64,000 bases of DNA, taken from NCBI RefSeq assembly GCF_964204645.1, contig NC_134032.1:9412275-9476274 (forward strand), written 5' to 3'. The notes beneath the pieces are model-generated. The model was given only the letters and a program-made list of their open reading frames with translations, ran no database searches and had not been told where the DNA came from. The DNA is from Tubulanus polymorphus (Eukaryota; Animalia; Nemertea). The position numbers and the translations under genes were made by a program. Shown here piece by piece: positions 50,801 through 62,800 of the stretch (its first letter is position 1; each line of letters starts with the position of its first letter).

Positions 50801-53800
50801 TTGTGCGATTCAGACCTTTTCGGAAAAGATGGCTGCTTCCATAATGACCCGTATGACGTAATAGAATTACCCCTATGGACACTTCAAGAATAGATGCCCG
50901 CCTACATAAATCCCCCTATGACGTCATCGAATTACGCCTATAAACCCTTTCGCGAAAGATGGCTGCCTCTGTGAATACCCCTATGACATCATAAAAAACC
51001 ACGATAGACACTTCAAGAAAAGATGGCTGCCTTCATAGATATACCTATGATATCGTCAGATTGCTTCCAGAAAGATGACTGCCACAGTAAATGCCCCTAT
51101 GACATCATCAAAAAACCTCGATTGACACTTCAATGAAATATGGCTCACTCCATAAATCCCCCTATGACATCATCAAATTGCTTCCGGAAAGATGTCTGCC
51201 TCCTCCATAAATCCGCTTGTGGAATACCGGTAATAGAAAATACATGCTCTCTGAAAAGATGGCTGCCTTTCGTAAATGCTCTGGTAACATTAGATCGTCC
51301 CTTTCATCAAATTTTACTCGAATTTTCCCCGTTGTTATCGATCGCGGTTTAATGGACGGGAAAAACAGAACAATTTCACGAAAGGCTGCGCGTGTTTCTG
51401 AGGCTGGAAATAGTCTCTGACATTTGAACGCGTTGTGAATTGCGTCTGTTCAAACGTACACTGCAGGTCCGGTGTAAACGAGCGAGATATTATCGAAACC
51501 ACTCAAAACGTCGAATCTGCGATCGAAAGTCAGCGACTAGAAAAAAAACGTGGTGCTATTTTAGCGGGGTGAAATGAATTTGTAAACGATTCGAAGCAAA
51601 GATTTTTTTGACACCGCGAAAACCCGTTACAATGACGTTTATATACATCGGTACCTAGTTTATACGTTATCTAAGGGGTTCTGTGTGAGGCAATGTGCAA
51701 TGTAACATCAATATTGATTATTGATTATTCATCAATGATGATTACACTTGCAAATCTTGGCCTTTATTTTGTTGTCAAATATATTTCATCATTCATATTT
51801 TGTATTTGATGAATCTTAGTAAACGTTTTTGAGGTGGAAGTGCACTACGTCATCGATATATTTAGCACTAGACTGGTTGCCAATCAGCAAAATAGATTTA
51901 CGGATCCTTATGATTTATCTTATATCATTCATCGGCGACAATATTAAGTAATATATGTGTTATTTTTTAAGGCGTCAGTTAAATTTCCAGTTGATTTTTC
52001 TGGATTTAAGAATCATTTGTTCGGTTAGTTTCATTGTGGGATTTATAGCTTTCTTAGAATTGTCTGGGGATGATTGGATGTCGTAGGGGGTTCATGGAGG
52101 CAACCATCTTTCCTGGGCAGTTTCTCTGTAGGAGTAATTTGATGACGTCATCGGAGGTTCTATAGAGATAGCCACGTTTCTATATAAGCGGGCAATGTGA
52201 TGATGTCATAAGGGGTTTTATGGAGGTGGCCCTTTTTTCTGGGAAGTTTTTCTAGATTGCCGGATATTGTACCTTTAATCCGTGTATGACCCGGTGGTCG
52301 CGACGGTGTTGTATATCAAATCACTGCATCTCATTACCGTCGTCTGTCCGCGATAAATCACACATTTATTAGCGTTTTATCGTAGCAAATATTTTGTCAG
52401 CTACCTTAAAAATGTCAGCCCTTAGTCATTATCCAGTTTGTGGACGCAGTTCCACAGTAGTTGTGTGCATGTGTTTTATGTCTCTGCACCGAGTTCCACA
52501 ATGCGGGGATTCGATATCATTTTGGGCCCAGTTCCACAGTTGTGGGGCATTCACTTTGATACTGCGTACAGATCGTCTGTTGTGCAGGTTTAACTTGACT
52601 CTAGGTCCAGTTCCGCTGTTGCGAGGATTTAATTTCATTCCAATTTCCACAGTTGAACGGGTTTGATTTGACTCTAGATTCAGTTTCACAGTTGTGTTGC
52701 TTTAGTTTGACCCAGGACCTAGTTCCACAGTTGTGTGGCTTTAATCTGACTCCAAACCCAGTTTGACAGCTGTGTGGGTTTAATCTTACTTTGGATCTAG
52801 TTCCGCAGTTTTATGGGTTTCATTCGTCCGTGGATTCAGCGCCACAGTTGTGGGGGATTAATTATTGTCTGTGGATCCAATTCCACAGTTGCATGGGTCT
52901 TATCTGTCTCCCGCTCCACAGTGTTGCGCGAATTTAATTTCATTCTAGACCGGGTTCTGCCGTTTATACGGGTTTAATTCACACTCCGACACCGCAGTTC
53001 GCCAGCAGTTTCGCATAATGTACCCGTGCAGCTATTAGCGCGCCAGTATTTCTACCTGTCAAATACATTGCGAGAGAGAGAGAGAGTATCGTAGAATTCT
53101 CGAGAGAACTTGATTAGATTCTGTTGTAATTCATATTCTCAGTAAACGAGGACGGCGGCTGCGAAGGCGAGGCACAACATTATTATCGGCTGATGAATAC
53201 CACACACACATACACTCACATACACTCACATACGCACGCATTAAGTTTTCAGTTAATGATTGCGTCGTAGTCGTCGCAAACGAAGTCATATCCGACTCGA
53301 CTCTTGTGTAACGCATTATAGCAACACTCGAAACACGTCGTCCCCCGGTGAGACGAATAATGGCTTCGGAAACTCGGTGGAATTTTCCCGACCGAGCGTT
53401 GAAAAAAACATTCGCACATCGCCGCCATATAAGGTGTTGTTCTGAACGCCCTGTGTGAAGTGTAGACGATGATAATGTCTTACGTCTGGTGTTTGTAGTT
53501 CATTTTCAATTAGAAATGTCTGATTAGAAATGTTAGGTGAAGTCCTGAATGCGTGAAGTGCGGACAATTACCTTTTAAAAGTGTCCTGATAAAAATATCT
53601 GGTGTTTGTAGTTCATTTTCGATTAGAGTCTCAGGTGAGGTGCCAAACACATGCTAAGTTTGGCCGATCGCTTTTTGAAAGTGTCCTGATAAAACTGTTC
53701 GGTGTTTGTAGTTCATTTTGAATTAGAAATGTCTCAGGTGAAGTTCTGAACACATGTGTAATGTGAACAATCACTTCATGAAAATGCGTAATGTGAACAA

Positions 53801-56800
53801 TCACTTTATGAAAATGTGCTGATAAAAATGTCTAATGTCCGGTGTTTGTAGTTAATTTTTTATCGGAAATTGTCTATGTAAAGCACTGATAAAAATGTCT
53901 AATTTCCGGTATTTGTATTTTATTTTCGATCAAAAGTATATAGGCCCTACGCGACATGTGGATGTTAACTTTCTCAAAGTGTGCCGATAGAAAGTCTACA
54001 ATGTCTGAGGGGTGTAGATTTATACCTTCAATGGTATCTAAGACTAAGAGAGCCAGAAATATCAGATCGTTTGCGTAGTTATATCCAGGCGATTTTTCGT
54101 GATTTTACAGACGCATTGATAATTAATATTCGTCATTTTCGTTCTTCTTTCAGGACAAGTTTGCCGGTGCCGATGTTTTCCCGGAATGATTTCTCCGTTT
54201 GGAGCATACTTAAAAAGTGCATCGGAAAGGTCAGTATAACGACACCATCTCATCGGACCCATAAAATTACTCTTAATTTTTTGGTGAAAACCACTACTAA
54301 AGAAGATATCATGTATGGTCTGGCCTGCCGTCTATTACTCAACCTCTTATGACCTTCATGCACGCTGGTGAGATGATTACCTTGAGAACTCCTCACTTGC
54401 CATTAGACGCTCTTGACGACGATGGAAAGCCGCCGCTTGTTGCCCTTAACGACCCTCCAGTAAAGTATTAAAGCACTCAGAATCTGGATAATTGCTTAGA
54501 ATAACCTTAAATCCCTTTCTGAATGCTGATGTCAGGGCTACTATTGCATTAGCCTCACTGTACCCGTGCTGAGTTATTGGACGTTTTATTCAGATTGTTG
54601 AGATATTTAATGGGTGTCTCGATAATCGGAGATATCTCATCTGAGATACAATGAAACCTCATTACGAGGACCTCGGATGACGCGATTTATCGTAAAAACC
54701 CAGAATTTTGTCCCAAATAGGACAATTTTTGGTTCTCTGGCTTCCATTAGGAGAACTATATTCCTGTACTACCTGTGTGTCTGTCTCTCGACTACTTAGC
54801 TTCGTTAATAGTGGTCGATGTTTATGAAACTTGGCTACACTATTAGTACGGGCGACTAGTTGCGCAGTGTCACGAATGGGACCAGTGCACCACCTAGCGA
54901 TGGAACTAGACACTAAAAACGTATGTTTTTTAAGGACACGGCCTTGCTGAAAACTACTTCATAACTGAAGAAGGTGGTAGAAATATGAAAAGTTGTCTTG
55001 ACGATATTTAGCTGTTGGCCCTAGATTCAACATATTCAAAATGCAATGGGAACTATGCACAGGATCTTCGGAGTAGCCTCATGCGTACATCAGTGATGAC
55101 AGTTTCGAGCCTGAGCCCGAGAACGGTTGTCGCCTATCTGGCTGTGATAATTTCGTATTGGATGTAACGAACTATCGGTTATAACGAACAGATTTTCTGG
55201 TCCCGTGAAGTTCATTGTTACGAGGTTCTGCTGTATAGGCGCTTGTTGATTATCGGAGATATCTTTTGCGTATCTCAATAATTGATGACTCGTATCATAT
55301 TTCGCCGTATGTATCTTGTTAATATGAGATATTAACTACATCGTTTATCGAAATTTTAATGTACATTATGCAGTGCGGGCGCTTACCTGGTAATCGGGGA
55401 ATTTTCTGTTCTTTAAAAGAGTCGGCGAGTAGTTGCGCTGGGTAACTCAACCCGGCGTAGTGTAACCAGCCCTATTATCTGGGGGACAATACGGGGTCTA
55501 AATTTACATACGCGAGATAATGAAGAAATTCTGAATTTCACGGCCATATTTTTGATAATTCGCAATTCGTGCGTTAAATTTTTTCGTGAATATTGTTAGT
55601 TTTTATGGAGAAAAGAGAAAAAAATGATGCATTTAAGTTTTAAGAATTTCATAGCCATAGTTCTGATAATTCGCAATTCGCGCGTAAAAGTTGTAACCGT
55701 CCAACTACAGTATTCAAAAACATTACAGACAAGCGAATGAATGTCTACTACGTATCTCGCTTGCCATGATATGTCAATAAACCATTCATCTCCTGACCAA
55801 CTGCCATTCGAATCCCCATTGGATTGATTCGTTGCTCAGCAAGAAGTTCACGATTCACTGACGGAAAAGATACCAAGAGATTCACGAAATCACGCGGATT
55901 TTTTTGTCTTATCCGCTTTCGCGAGTAAGCTTACGGTCTCTCAAATTCACGTTTTTGCGGGAATTGTTTCCACGATTTCACGACATCGCGCATGAAATTC
56001 ATCGGGTCAATGGTTCACGAAAAACCTAATTCCCCCTATAATAACACAACCCGAAGCACCAGTACAGAAACGTAGTATATAGACATGGTTGATATGACAC
56101 TTTCAGCGTAAGTGTTATTAAACATTCCATTCTTCGGTCATTGATTCGCGTTAATCAATTGAATTATTGATGAATATAGATTTATTGATTTTCTATAAAT
56201 TGATTGAAATAGTTCGCAAGATTACGTTCTCTCTATCCCGGCTGCAGTGGTTAGCCTTGAATTATAGATGGGATCAGTGTGTCCTCTTTCCCTCTCCCCT
56301 CCCTTTTTCTCCCACTCTCACCCTTCTCTCCATCTCCCTCCCTCTCCTCTCCTCCCTATCTCCCTCTCCCTCAATCCTCCCTCTCCCCTCATTTCCCCCT
56401 ATACCTCTCCCCTCATTCTCTGAACCTCTCCACTCATCTCCACAACCCTCTCCCCTCATTCCCTTCCATACCCAGGATTCTTACAGATCAAGTAAATCGG
56501 GGAATTTCAGGGACATTTATCAGGGAATTTTGACTCTGTTCTTTAGAATCTGGGAAAAGTCAGGGAATTCGGAAAAGTAGCTCAGTCATTTTCGGAAGCT
56601 GATAGCTACGTTTTCTAATTCTAAGCCGTGAATACCTCTCTTATACCATTCCCCTCTGAAACTCTCATTTCCTTCCATAATTCTCTACCCTCACTTCATT
56701 GTACAACTCATCCGTTAGTGCGTCGACTGTATCCGTGTCTTAAAACGCTTACTCGATATTTAACCCTATTAAATCGCGTTCGAATTCCGAATAGACGCGT

Positions 56801-59800
56801 TCTACTGAGACGATAATTTTTCATTTCCGACGTCCCGTCCTGCGGCGCGCGCCGCACCGCTCTCGAGTTATCGGTACAATTCATCGCCGACAGTCGAAAT
56901 TGATGAGAGCTAGGTAACGATCTACGGTCGCGGCGACGCTATCTCCCGCGATAGATCGTCGATCATTTTTCCGGCCTACGTCGATTCGATCACGCAGCGT
57001 TTTCGGCACCTTTTCGCGGCGAAAAATCGTCGCCTTGTCCTCTGCCGGGCCCCTCCTCGAAAATCTCTTCGGCGATTTCGTAGCGACGGAGATCATATAA
57101 TCATCGTTGTCGTCATCGGTTACCACGGTAACGAACATCTCGCACGCCCGACTGATTGATTCCGATTGTTAGTATTGATTTTTCTATCAGAAATGAAAGT
57201 TATCGATCTCGCGGAGAATTCTTTCCGCTCAAATATACATCGTATCCCGAGGTGACTCTTCTTCTTTGGTAAATATTTTCATAGATGGATATTCTCTCCT
57301 CAACCCTTTCAGTGCTGGCTATTATTGTTACCTTAAAGTGCTGGCGATGATTCGGAAATTTTCGATTATTCCACCCCAATGCATTGTATAACCGGCATAC
57401 CGCTTCAGTGTGTCAACACCACAGTACGATGTATCGTTTTTTACTTTCAATAGAGATAATAACTAATTAATAATTACATCAATACACCCTGATGCAGTGT
57501 AGGACTAGCAAAATCTATCACTGATTTATACACCTCACTGCGGTGCAGATGTAGATGCACTGAAAGGGTTGATACAATGCCAAAACTAAGTCCACCCAAA
57601 GCTGTGACTGTTAGAGAAGGGATGGTGCCGATCGTAGTGATCTGGGTTTGGAATATTATCATACCATAACGCTAGAAACAAGATTTCTGTATAATGGAGG
57701 TGTAGATGTAGATGCACTGAAAGGGTTAATACAATGCCACAACTAAGTCCACCCGAAGCTGTGACTGTTAGAGAAGGGATGGTGCCGATCGTGGTGATCT
57801 GGGTTTGGAATATTATCATACCATAACACTAGAAACAAGATTTCTGTATAATGGACGTTTTCAACAGACACCAGCTCCTTTGAAATCTGTATATGTTTTT
57901 GAGAGACTAGGAATGGCAAGAGAGGAGAGAGAACAGAGGGAATATTGGGTAGAGAGCACTGAGTGACGAGGGAGAGAGAGGGGAAGAGGTGGTAGTGAGG
58001 GATGAGGGATGGGGGAATAGAGGGGTGAGAGAGAGAAGGTAGTGAACAGAAAAGCCAGTAAGTATGTAATTTTGGCATCGCGCCCAGTTGAGTTCCCCCT
58101 GAGGCCAATGCGGTTGAGTTCATATAAAATATAACTTAGTAAATCAGTGCGGCGTAATATAAATATCTTTTATGTTGTTAACTCAAAATTGGAGAAATGA
58201 AATCAACCCTCACATCGCCTGCGGGTCTGAATCGGGGAGCAGGTTCTTTTTGCGTTCTACAAAGAAAATCAATTTGGAAGCGCTTTGAAGAACGCCCATT
58301 GAACGCTCGTGCGCTGAATGCTTAAGAGAATGTTCAATGATAAAAATTAAAGCAGTTTCTATTTGATCTCGGGATCAATGTCCGAATCGGGGGCTGTACC
58401 TTGGTCAGGGCTAATCCACTATTCAAATCGAGCTGTTCAAATGTGAGTAACAAATAGGTCTATAAAACCAGCGTCTGGACCATGTTGACAGTTAAAAAAT
58501 CTTTTGTTTCCGATTATTATCATTATTATTATTTTCAACTCTACAGTGAAATTTCGAACAATTGCTGCAGTTCTGGGCCCAGATTTCATATATCTGAACT
58601 CAGCTCCACAGTTAGGAGTTAAGTCTCGAGTTCATTTTCGAATATTCAACTCTCATCTGTAGAATTGGATCTTTTTCTTGCCCTGTTATTTTCGCCTTTT
58701 GCCCGTAATTATCTCCGAGTCTGAAATGCCAGTCTGTTTTCTGTTCAGGAGCTGTCCAAAATAACGATGCCTGTGATTTTCAACGAACCGTTGAGCTTTT
58801 TACAAAGAATCACCGAATACTTAGAATACGCGAAATTATTAAAACAAGCAAACGACTGTGATGACCCGGTAGAACGAATGGAGGTACGTATCATGTGGTT
58901 GTTGGAATAATTGACTAGAGGGTGGCCACTGAGTTGGATAACCTGGAAAACTACGGGAATCAGAAAAATTGAGAAAAAATGCTGGAAAACTCGTGGAATT
59001 TAACAAATTTTACCAAAATCCTGGAAAATTCAGGGAATTTGGATAATGTAATTGACCACACGTGTTTCTTTATCAGTACGCGATTCAATGAAAAATGAAT
59101 GAATTGTAACCTTTTAAACCTAGATATTTTTCTCGTTCACTCGGGGAATTTTGTGTAATTGCATGGAAAAATCAGGGAACAACAACACTCAGGAGATTTG
59201 TAAATGGGTGGAAAGTGGTCACCCTTTGACAGACAAACTTCTTTAGCACAGTTCCCACAGCCCGGGGAGATCGGAAAAACTTGGGAATTTCACATACGTA
59301 ATATTTCCTGGTTGGAAATACGTATTTGGCGATTTGTCGATTTTCCCTGTAATCCAAGAAATATTTGAGAAATTCATAAAACACCTCGCGTAGCGTAGCT
59401 TTTGGATGTCATTGGCTTACTTGAGGGCAACTTCCTTCGTTAATTTTCCATGAAAATTTCCTTGTCAACCAGTTACCTCTAAAATGTCGACGTCGTCGTA
59501 GTACGATGCTATGTTCTACTTTTATGAAGGCTAAATTTCCATTAGGGAAGATTTAAAAATCATCCATGAAATGCTTGGGAAGAGTTTGGAAATTTCGAGC
59601 ATTAACAATGCTTTAACCCTTTCAGTGCGTCTACACCGCAGTGCGGTGTATAAATCGGTGATGGATTTTGCTAGTACACTGCACTGCGGTGTATTGATGT
59701 AATTAGTGATTAGTTTTTATCACTATTGAAAAATGGCAGCACCTGTCAAAAACAGTGAAATATTAGTAACTAACGATTGCGCCGCGGTGTTGACGCACTA

Positions 59801-62800
59801 TAGTGGTACTCCCGTTATTCAACACACTAGGGTTGAATCTTCCAAAATTTTTAAATTATCTCCAGTACGATCGGGTATTAATTAGTCAATTAATTAGAAA
59901 TACAAAGATATATGTATTGTTTACAAAAATATACGCAGGTTTTTTCACGCGTGTATTCCTGAGGTACGGGGGTATTCCTGAAGATGACTTAAATGATCAA
60001 GTCATACTACAGCTCAAGGAAACCTATATTTTTCAGATCGTATCAGCGTTTGCTGTATCGGCTTCAGCCAGTAACTGGGATCGACTCGGAAAACCATTTA
60101 ATCCACTCCTCGGAGAAACTTACGAAATGTTACGGTAAGCTTGATAAAAACCTTGAAGTTAAGACAGTGTAGGTTCCTTTCAACTATCAGTGTCCCTACT
60201 GCACACTAGTATCATCGCTTGCCTTAAGTGGAATCCTCTATTGTCACAGTAGTTGATGCCCTACTGCACTGTCCTACTAGTCTATTAATGCATCCCAAGT
60301 GGACCCTAACTGATTCGATTTTAACTGAAATGTAGAAGAAATTGGTGCATGGTAAAGTAAATAACTACTATTGGATGCCTCTATTGCCATAGTAGTTGAT
60401 GTCCTACTTGACACTAGCGACACCTGGTGGATCCTCGCGTGTCATAAGTGGAATCCTCTAGCACCGTTGTAGTCCTGCACATTCGCAACATCTAGAGGAT
60501 CCTCACTTGTGGAATCCTCTATTGCTTCAGCAATTAATGAAAGCACTTGTGGACCCTCATTTGCAACAACAGGATTGCCATATCTTCACATTAGCCATTC
60601 ATTACTTCCATTATTGGGTACAATTTCCAGCTGCAAATCGTTAATAATTTTTTCAGAATGATTTGATGATGGGCATATCTTCCATGGTGCCCACACAACC
60701 GGGAATACAGACAGTTAAACCTGTCTGTAGTAAATGCCTGTGGGACTGAGCAAAAAGTGTGTTCACTATTGGAGATGTACACTATAGGGAGGGTCTGGTC
60801 GTGATGTGATATGGGGTGACACCTAGTATCCTCCTATAAAATTACAACTACAAATAAAGCCAAACATCAAATTGGTCTAAATCATGACTGAAATACGCTT
60901 TCATTCTAGTATAATCAAGAGAGTTAGTTATGATTAATACCTGAACAGAAAGAGTGATTTGAACAGGCCTATTGACTATGATTAACCATTGTTCAATAAA
61001 GAGAGGTAAATTGAACCTTCTGTGCCAGAAAAATGTTCATGGTTCACTAGAGTGAACACTGTACAGTGTTCATCATAGGGAGATACTGATATATGTATTT
61101 TAGATGCAAAATGTTCATTTAGGGAGGTATTCACTATAGAGAGGTGTTCATTGAGGGAGGTTTAACTGTACTTAAATTTGATGATATATCTTCAGATCTT
61201 TTAATTTCAGGGATGACCTTGGGTTTCGTATCGTGTGCGAGCAGGTCAGCCACCACCCGCCCGTGTCCGCATTCCATGTGGAATCATCGTACTACCGATT
61301 CCACGGCGCCATTCAACCGAAACTGAAATTCTGGGGTAAATCCGTTGAAGTCCAACCCAAAGGCACTGTCACGCTAGAATTACTGAGGTAAGAGAGAGAA
61401 AGACCTTCAAAGACCTGTCACTCAAATTTTTATCTTATCACAGACAGTTGGAGAGTCTTTTTTTCGAATTTGAGTCTCATTTTAACAGTAGAGAGATTAG
61501 CATCCCTTTTATACTTATGGTAAAACCGGGATAAGCTCATTTTGGTCCAATTTTGCAATTTAGTCCTAGGTTCATTTTGGTCTTGTTCCACTATTGATAC
61601 CTCCAATAAGCTCATTTCAGTCCCACAAACGATATACCAGGTAGAAAGAACTTTGAGTTGTAATCTAGGTGTGGTCATATGTCTGCCTGGCAGCCATCTT
61701 TATTTCATTGTTTATTCCTTTTTCGTTTGTTTCAGACATGGTGAAGTTTACACATGGCATAATATAAACTGTTCAGTGCACAATATTATAGTAGGAAAAC
61801 TTTGGGTTGAACACGTGAGTATTTCACTATGTATAGATATCAGAGGAGAATATCTATGGTGTCATAGGTAGATTGATACAGGCAGCCGTCTTCTCTTTCT
61901 GGAAGTGTCCAGAGGAGTAATTCGATAATATTATGTCAGGATTTATAGAGGCAGCCATTGTTTCTAAAAGGGGTAGTTTTAAGATGTCCTGAGTGAATAT
62001 AAAGAGGAGGCAGCAATAATTTGGAATGGTTCATATGTCATGGGGAATCTATGGAGGCAGCCATCTTTTCAGCAAAGCTGTATACCTAAGTAATTTAACC
62101 CATTAGCACTCATGCCACCCGTATCCACCCTGCCTATTACTCCTCAAGCGGCCTGAATCCGCCCTGACACTTTTTTCGTATGCTGCACAAGAACGGTTGT
62201 AGTGGAATTCGAACCCAATAACTTATGATAAACAAGACACCAAAGTCCTCAAAATACATTACAGAAATCAACATCGTCCTATTTGAAATTCTCGATTGAC
62301 ACTACATGGTGAAATTCCTGAGTGATAATGGTTTAAGTAATTAGTGATGTTATAGGGTTATTCATGGAAGCAGTTATTTCTTTCTAGCTGGCATTGAAAA
62401 GTTTGTAGTGCGGAATTTAGAATATAAATTGTTTTTTTCTTTCTTCTCTTTTCTTGCATCTGCCGCAGCACGGAGTGATGGAGATAACCAATCATACGAA
62501 CGATATGCAAGCCGTATTGAACTTTAAACCGTGCGGTTGGTTCGGAAAAGACTTACACAAAATAGAGGGATTTATATATAATAAAAAGTAAGTTTTGAGA
62601 GATACCTTGCGAAAAATCAATGCAATTTTAATCATCACCGTGGCTTATATTACCGATTGACTTTCACCTGTTAGTGAGCAACTGACCCATGTCTTTAAGA
62701 AGTTTCCAAAGTTGTTACAGCCTGTGGGCTCTGTGACTGCACCCTCACTTATTGATGGTAATTCGGCATTTATATTGTTCATTTCATTGTTATCTTTAAG

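Noticed and set aside
57191-57268. Exon-like segment with AG and GT boundaries after a CpG-rich block
   Set aside because: The ATG frame is not phase-compatible with the exon at 58749; at most non-coding, and unsupported
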